A stretch of DNA of 12,475 bases from Oligoflexales bacterium (GTDB lineage Bacteria; Bdellovibrionota_B; Oligoflexia; Oligoflexales; Bog-1112), in contig JBGCDR010000164.1 of NCBI GenBank assembly GCA_045105515.1, positions 1 through 12,475 of the forward strand, written 5' to 3'. Position 1 is the first letter of the stretch, and the number at the start of each line of letters is the position of its first letter. Of this stretch, positions 7,539-12,475 are shown piece by piece. The position numbers and the translations under genes were made by a program. The notes under the pieces are model-generated. The model was not told the origin of the DNA, searched no databases, and worked only from the letters and a program-made list of their open reading frames with translations.

Positions 7539-8345
7539 ATGAAATTTATAATGTTTCTAGGATTTTTGCTCCCAGTTAATTCATGGGGCTCAGCAGGAGA
7601 AAATTGTTACAGAACGCCAGCTAAAGCGAAAAATCGTCCACAGAGTGCTGAAGTTGTGTTTGATTCTCCAGATGTTAAAGCGATTATTAGGGAAGTGGAT
7701 CTGCTGGAGAATACGCCCGAAGGTCACTGTTCACAAGATTATGCTCGTTTTTTAATTGATGAGCAGGATTCTGAACAGAAAAAGACGGCTGCTCGGATGC
7801 GCCGTCACCTTAAACGTAAGTTCGATAATCCAATAAAAGTTTCTTCACCTATCAAGAAGGCTTGGATAGAAAAGTATCAGCGAATCAGGGCTAATTCTAG
7901 CAGGGGAATTTTGGCAGAAAACTGTGCCCTACAAAGTTTTGGGGTATCCAATAATAACTATGGTGAATCCCTTGTATTCTCCCAAACTCTTTCTCCGACT
8001 CGTACAGGTGAGTCAGCGGTTTATCAAATAACTCGTCCAGATGGGGTAGCTGAGGATGCTGATGGTTCTCGTGTGGTTTTTGAATCTAAACTTCTAAGCT
8101 GCAAACGAGGAGTATTGTATGCTAGTAGACAGATTCGAGCACAAGAAGAATCTGCAAGGCAGAATAACTGCCGACATGTGGTCGTGATCACCACTGTCTA
8201 TAAAGCTGACGAAGTAGAAAACTTTCCAGTCCCTTCCTCGACTTTCAAATCAAAAAACCTATTGTCTGAATTTAGGCTTATTGATGCCGAAAGGAACGTG
8301 TATCGGTGGAGTAGTGATGATGAGGCGTGGGATATAGTAGAATAA
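7539..8345 (+). CDS. Exported PD-(D/E)xK restriction-endonuclease-fold protein, Tox-REase-7-like
   Basis: Signal-peptide-like MKFIMFLGFLLPVNSWG; motifs GILAE(127), RPD(168)G, FE(182)SK(184), YASRQ(198)IRAQ, then beta strand HVVVI and a PS motif. Confidence 0.7.
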   Translation: MKFIMFLGFLLPVNSWGSAGENCYRTPAKAKNRPQSAEVVFDSPDVKAIIREVDLLENTPEGHCSQDYARFLIDEQDSEQKKTAARMRRHLKRKFDNPIKVSSPIKKAWIEKYQRIRANSSRGILAENCALQSFGVSNNNYGESLVFSQTLSPTRTGESAVYQITRPDGVAEDADGSRVVFESKLLSCKRGVLYASRQIRAQEESARQNNCRHVVVITTVYKADEVENFPVPSSTFKSKNLLSEFRLIDAERNVYRWSSDDEAWDIVE

Positions 8346-8512
8346 TGATTTTCTCTCAGAGATAAGGTTTAGTTTTTTGCAAGTATAGAGCTCTGTGAAT
8401 TATGCACCGGTTTATAATGCATTTTATTTTGTATACTAAATTTCCAAGGTTTTCATTGACCCGCGGCACCTGAGTGCAAACCTTTTACACTTTTTCTCTT
8501 GAGGGTTCTCTA

Positions 8513-9649
8513 ATGCATCGGATAGTTTACACAGCTTTAGCTATTTTTTTAGAATTACAGGTAAGCGTTTCCATGGCACATACACTTCTTCATGCTAATA
8601 TAAAGGACCTTCGGAGCAGTGACATTGGTCTAAATAGTAGCCAAATGCGGGCACTCAAGGAACTTGTGTTGAGCAAGGGGATCACCCCTGACGTGGTGAA
8701 CATTCAAGAGATACAATATGACCTTGCTGTCTATGCAGCCCCTGGAGGGTTTCTTGAGGGGCAGAATCTAGCTTCTTTACTCGCCTTAACATGGCCAAGT
8801 ACTGCTCGGGAATTACAAGGCACGAGCTTATTTGTACCCTCAAACACAGGCATGCTCGCCCGTAGGGATGAAGCCGGGCGCTACTGTTTAAGTAAGGAGC
8901 CAAGCGGGAATCAGATCAATATGTTTGCCGATCAGCAAAATTTTGGCCTTTTTCCAGGGCAGTACAGCAGCGGGCTAGTTTCTAGGTTTAAGCAATTACC
9001 TGGTGAAGAAGTTAAGGTGCTAAAAGACTTGAAATGGAGAGAGTTTAATCAAAAGCTCAACTTAAGCCAGTTTGCCGCAGGCAGTGGTGAGCCTCTCAAT
9101 CCGGAAATTCAACTCTTCGATAAGGTCTTTTACTCCTTGCCTGTCCAAATCGATGGCAAGCTAGTCCATTTGGTTTCCTTACATACGGTGCCATATTTTC
9201 ACTTTGGTAATGCTCGCACCCCAAATTATGCTCGCAATTATGATCAACTGCGTTTTCTTTCCTGGTATTTGCACGGAGATGCGCAGGGGCTTGAAATAGA
9301 TGCTGCAGATTTATGGGTGCGATACAAAATAAAACCACTTCCGGAAGATGCACATTATGTATTCATGGGTGATTTAAATGTAGACATCCATGACCGGCCT
9401 GATTCAGACCAGAGCAAAGCATATGATAGCGCTAAAGTTCTGCACAAAATTATTGCCAAGAGCCAGATCCCATTCGACCCTTCCCGGGTTACCTTTGATA
9501 GTGGGAGGCTGCAAAAATTTTTCGATTATGTCATCTTTAGTAAGCATTTCAAACTATCAAATCCCAGGATCTGGGATCATGATAAATTTGCTAAAGCCAC
9601 AGAACTTTCAGACCATCATGCCTTAACTGTGGACTTCTTCATTCCCTAG
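8513..9649 (+). CDS. Exported endonuclease/exonuclease/phosphatase (EEP) family protein
   Basis: EEP motifs HANI, PDVVNIQEI, LH, MGDLN, FDYV, SDH; subfamily motifs PSNTG, FGxFPGQY, RNYDQLRF. Start moved to ATG 8513 (RBS GAGGG at 8501-8505); signal-like N-terminus ending VSMA. Confidence 0.85.
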   Translation: MHRIVYTALAIFLELQVSVSMAHTLLHANIKDLRSSDIGLNSSQMRALKELVLSKGITPDVVNIQEIQYDLAVYAAPGGFLEGQNLASLLALTWPSTARELQGTSLFVPSNTGMLARRDEAGRYCLSKEPSGNQINMFADQQNFGLFPGQYSSGLVSRFKQLPGEEVKVLKDLKWREFNQKLNLSQFAAGSGEPLNPEIQLFDKVFYSLPVQIDGKLVHLVSLHTVPYFHFGNARTPNYARNYDQLRFLSWYLHGDAQGLEIDAADLWVRYKIKPLPEDAHYVFMGDLNVDIHDRPDSDQSKAYDSAKVLHKIIAKSQIPFDPSRVTFDSGRLQKFFDYVIFSKHFKLSNPRIWDHDKFAKATELSDHHALTVDFFIP

Positions 9650-9856
9650 GAAAGCTAGGAGTCCATCTTCCTGACACTTCCAAAGCCTTGCGAGGCGAGA
9701 AGATAGTACACCGTTGAATTGGTGAGAGCCGTAATCTCTTCTTCGGTTTCGAGTATGATTGCATGTTAATATGAGAATGGTTTGGCTATAAAACTCTGCA
9801 TTGCCATAGCTTGAATCGTCGGGCAATCTATAGGCGATGTTACGAGTAGAAACTGA

Positions 9857-10660
9857 ATGAAAGTTGATTCGATGAGCAAAAATAAGAAAATACTCCTTTC
9901 GATGTTGATAAGTCCTTTTCTTTTAATTGTACTTTTCTTTGGCAGAGATATAGTGCGCTTGGGAATTGCGGTATGGAATAGTCCATTAGCCCTAGAAGTA
10001 AAATGGGAAGGAGCTGTAAACAATAAAAATTTTCGCGATATTGGAGCCAGTGCCAATGAGTGCCTAGGTGAGTCAGTTTTTAGAGAAGGCCTCGCATTTC
10101 GCTCTAATGTCTGGTTTTCAGGGTGGTCTTGCGATGCTGTCGGTAGTCCTGAAGCTATTTTCTCTTTAAATTATCTGCCAGATGAGCCTAAGCGCTATTT
10201 TTGTACAAATAAAGATCAGGTAGTCGTGGGCAAGGTTTTTAATCAGCATGCACAGCTGTATGACCTTGAGTTCTTGCAGACCTGGACACCAGAAAAACAA
10301 GAAGATTTTTGTGGATTTTTTTCAGAAGGCTTTAAGTCAATTGCAGCAGGAAAAAAGACCCTTGTTCATTGTGATGCAGGAAGGGACCGTACGGGCACTT
10401 ATGCAGCCTTGTTAATTGCTTTGACTGCTGAATTGAAAGGGAAGCTAGATAGACAGATGATTGATGCCATTGAATGTGATTATCGCAAGACAAAAAGCTT
10501 GGCAAGTGAAAAACGTGGACGTATGGAGGACTTTATTAATGAAATTACTGCTGAGCAAAAAGTCTTAGAGTTTTTGAGCGACCGTTGTCAAATTCCGCAA
10601 GTAGACTTGATAGCAGTTGCTGAGAAAATGTGGACTTCAAAAAAAGTAAGTGTCCAATAG
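9857..10660 (+). CDS. Membrane-anchored Cys-based protein tyrosine/lipid phosphatase (Y_phosphatase3, MptpB/IphP-like)
   Basis: NFRDIG, FRS, P-loop LVHCDAGRDRTG (CX5R), later DY; one N-terminal hydrophobic helix after KNKK. Start could be 9857 or 9872. Confidence 0.85.
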   Translation: MKVDSMSKNKKILLSMLISPFLLIVLFFGRDIVRLGIAVWNSPLALEVKWEGAVNNKNFRDIGASANECLGESVFREGLAFRSNVWFSGWSCDAVGSPEAIFSLNYLPDEPKRYFCTNKDQVVVGKVFNQHAQLYDLEFLQTWTPEKQEDFCGFFSEGFKSIAAGKKTLVHCDAGRDRTGTYAALLIALTAELKGKLDRQMIDAIECDYRKTKSLASEKRGRMEDFINEITAEQKVLEFLSDRCQIPQVDLIAVAEKMWTSKKVSVQ

Positions 10661-10885
10661 CCCATGTTCAATGTTTTTTTGGGTTTTTACGATAGGACCT
10701 TGGGGTAGTGGGGTTTTAGATTTTTTTAAACTTAATATTTCTAATAACTTGTCTGATCTGTACCTAGTCAGCTTATGTAAGTTCCTATTTTTATGTAGCT
10801 TCGAAGTTTTTTCTTTTTTGATAGTTGAAATATCTAATAAATACGGGACTATATATTTTTAATGGTCGAGAACCTGCCAATACAT

Positions 10886-10913
10886 TAAAGTTTTTGTGCT
10901 TTTTTATCGATAT
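10886..10913 (+). promoter_or_regulatory. Sigma-28 (FliA)-like promoter upstream of the fibro-slime lipoprotein
   Basis: TAAAGTTT (extended -35) with ATCGATAT 16 nt after TAAA; further GCCGA words at 10918 and 10970 lack a matching -35. Confidence 0.35.
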
Positions 10914-11015
10914 ATAGCCGAATCAAACCATTATGCTATGCGGCTTAATTTTCCCCGATCAGCATTTATGCCGATCCTTGTGTCCTTAAGTCATGAAAGT
11001 AGGGTCTAAGCAATT

Positions 11016-12185
11016 ATGAAAGAAAAAAATGCACAGCTATTATTGTTTATTGCTGTTTTTTTCATTACTCAATGTACAAATGCTGGTTTTGTAGGTGAAA
11101 GTAAAAAGAGCAAAAAACAAGTTCAACAAAGTATACCTCCAAAAGGGGATATTACTTCAACCGAAGATATTACCCAGGAAGAACCTGTAGGTGAAATTCC
11201 GATGGAAGGTCCTATTACTGAACCGGATCAAGATGAATCTGATCCCGAACCACCATTAGATCCACCAGATGAACAAGATCCACCCGAGATGGATAATAAC
11301 CAGGCTCCATATTTTATATCTCAACCGATAACTTCACATAGCTATTATCAGGCTTCTGGAGATCAATTGATACTTAAAAGTGAAGTACGAGACTTCAATA
11401 TGGCGCATGTAGATTTTGAATCTTATACTTCGGATAGTGTTGTTAAAGGTCTGGTTGCTCCAGGTCTAAGTTCGGAAGGGGTTCCAGTATTTACCGGCAT
11501 TCCTGGACAGGTTGTTACAAGCTCGGAGAGTTTTTCACAGTGGTATAAGGATGTCGAAGGTGTAAATCAGACGCTTAATTTCAACATACCTTTACAAAAA
11601 ATTGAAGGAAAGAGGGTTTACGAATACTATAGTGATGCATTCTTTCCTATTGATAACGAGGGCTATGGAAACGAGGGAAATGTTCACAATTACCATTTTA
11701 CCCTTAAGGTGGAGACGGAATTTACTTATCTAGGTGGAGAGAGCTTTACTTTTATTGGAGACGATGACCTTTGGGTTTTTATTGATGGTAAATTGGTTAT
11801 TGATCTTGGTGGAATGCATCAAGAAGCAGAAGACACCATTGACCTTGATAGCTTAAACCTGGAGATAGGAAAAAAATATGATTTTGCCCTATTTTTTGCT
11901 GAAAGGAAGTTAACTGAATCTAATTTTAAGATTGAGACAACTATTGCACTAGAGTCAAATCAAACTTATATATACCAAGCTTTAGCTACAGATCCAGACA
12001 ACGAAACACTAGCATATAGCCTTGTTAAATCACCCGAAAACATGGTGATCGATGAAAAAACTGGCTTAGTTTCCTGGAATCCTGAAGCAAATGATTTGGG
12101 TGACCATCAGATTAGCATTAAGGTTGAAGATCCAAAAGGTAAGTATGACTTACAAGAATTTACGCTGAAAATACTTAACAAATAG
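11016..12185 (+). CDS. Lipoprotein with fibro-slime (PA14) domain and cadherin-like/putative Ig repeat
   Basis: Lipobox-like FITQ-C20; P/E/D linker; fibro-slime motifs RDF..HxDFE, FSQWYKD, FFPID, HNYHFT, FTFIGDDDLWVFIDGKLVIDLGGMH, FFAER; C-terminal YxYQALATDPDNExLxYSL...PENMVIDEKTGLVSWNP. Confidence 0.9.
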   Translation: MKEKNAQLLLFIAVFFITQCTNAGFVGESKKSKKQVQQSIPPKGDITSTEDITQEEPVGEIPMEGPITEPDQDESDPEPPLDPPDEQDPPEMDNNQAPYFISQPITSHSYYQASGDQLILKSEVRDFNMAHVDFESYTSDSVVKGLVAPGLSSEGVPVFTGIPGQVVTSSESFSQWYKDVEGVNQTLNFNIPLQKIEGKRVYEYYSDAFFPIDNEGYGNEGNVHNYHFTLKVETEFTYLGGESFTFIGDDDLWVFIDGKLVIDLGGMHQEAEDTIDLDSLNLEIGKKYDFALFFAERKLTESNFKIETTIALESNQTYIYQALATDPDNETLAYSLVKSPENMVIDEKTGLVSWNPEANDLGDHQISIKVEDPKGKYDLQEFTLKILNK

Positions 12186-12217
12186 ATGCGGTTATTTTTC
12201 AGAGGGTTTTTTGTGAA

Positions 12218-12376
12218 TTGAATCTCTCTTGTAGAAGCATATTTATTTTAATTATTTTGATGCCTCTTTCCATTCAGTGTGGGGAAGATGATGATAAGCA
12301 AGTAGAAGAAGATAATAGTGAAAATACTGAAGAAACAATCATGCGTGACCGGGGTTTTAACTATCTAAAATCTTGA
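12218..12376 (+). pseudogene. Truncated lipoprotein-like ORF (52 aa), possibly interrupted by an insertion
   Basis: Read manually: RBS GAGGG 12202-12206, TTG 12218, MNLSCRSIFILIILMPLSIQ-CGEDDDKQVEEDNSENTEETIMRDRGFNYLKS*. Signal peptide, Cys and acidic linker resemble the neighbouring lipoproteins but no domain follows. Confidence 0.5.
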
Positions 12377-12475
12377 AGAAAAGAAGGATGCACCTTATAG
12401 TTTGGTTGCGAAACTAAAACAAATAAGGTGCAGGGTAATGCTCGCAGAATATCTACAAAAACTCAAGAAAACTCT
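12340..12475 (+). mobile_element. Possible left end of an insertion sequence (IS4-like), running off the window
   Basis: CATGCGTGACCGG at 12340 resembles IS4-type CA...TG.CCGG ends (from memory); long hairpin 12389-12432 covers the RBS region of an ORF starting at ATG 12438 (MLAEYLQKLKKT...). The transposase itself is not visible. Confidence 0.4.

Noticed and set aside
7539..9649. Nuclease + EEP as a restriction-modification or anti-phage defence system
   Set aside because: Both carry export signals, and there is no methyltransferase, helicase/ATPase or sensor gene in the window.
8682..10056. Short ORFs 8682-8903, 9096-9353, 9390-9626, 9623-9826, 9766-10056
   Set aside because: All overlap the EEP or phosphatase genes on the opposite strand or in another frame; none has motif support.
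9857..10660. Calling the phosphatase a PTP-like phytase (PhyA)
   Set aside because: NFRDIG and the GRDRTG P-loop fit the Y_phosphatase3/MptpB type rather than the HCxAGxGRT phytase loop.
10650..10862. 70-aa Phe/Leu-rich ORF after the phosphatase
   Set aside because: GTG start without clear RBS in T-rich intergenic DNA; hydrophobicity is explained by base composition. Not fully excluded.
1..12475. CRISPR array, tRNA, rRNA, tandem DNA repeats
   Set aside because: No regularly spaced direct repeats or RNA gene signatures seen; the GATCC/CCA recurrences at about 11220-11290 simply encode the D/P/E linker.

Overview
AT-rich bacterial window with ten intact, mostly monocistronic CDSs and a strong bias toward exported proteins. 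The gene style (orphan secreted proteins, lipoproteins with acidic linkers, sigma-28-like promoters on non-flagellar genes) suggests Bdellovibrionota/Oligoflexia, but this is inference only. In order: a secreted hypothetical protein; a lone IolE-like TIM-barrel protein with substituted active-site histidines; an AEC-family transporter; a 608-aa Met/His-rich exported protein; a B-lectin lipoprotein; a small glycine-rich membrane protein; then a co-oriented + strand run of a signal-peptide-bearing PD-(D/E)xK nuclease (Tox-REase-7-like), an exported EEP-family phosphoesterase, a membrane-anchored MptpB-like Cys phosphatase and a fibro-slime/PA14 lipoprotein whose PA14 domain appears inserted into a cadherin-like Ig repeat. 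At the right edge a short lipoprotein-like ORF appears cut off by the probable left end of an IS element. No rRNA, tRNA or CRISPR array was seen. The strongest leads are the exported nuclease with eukaryote-like motifs and no evident immunity gene, the Met/His-lined protein, and a possible inositol-phosphate theme. All family calls are by eye from motifs; no searches were run.
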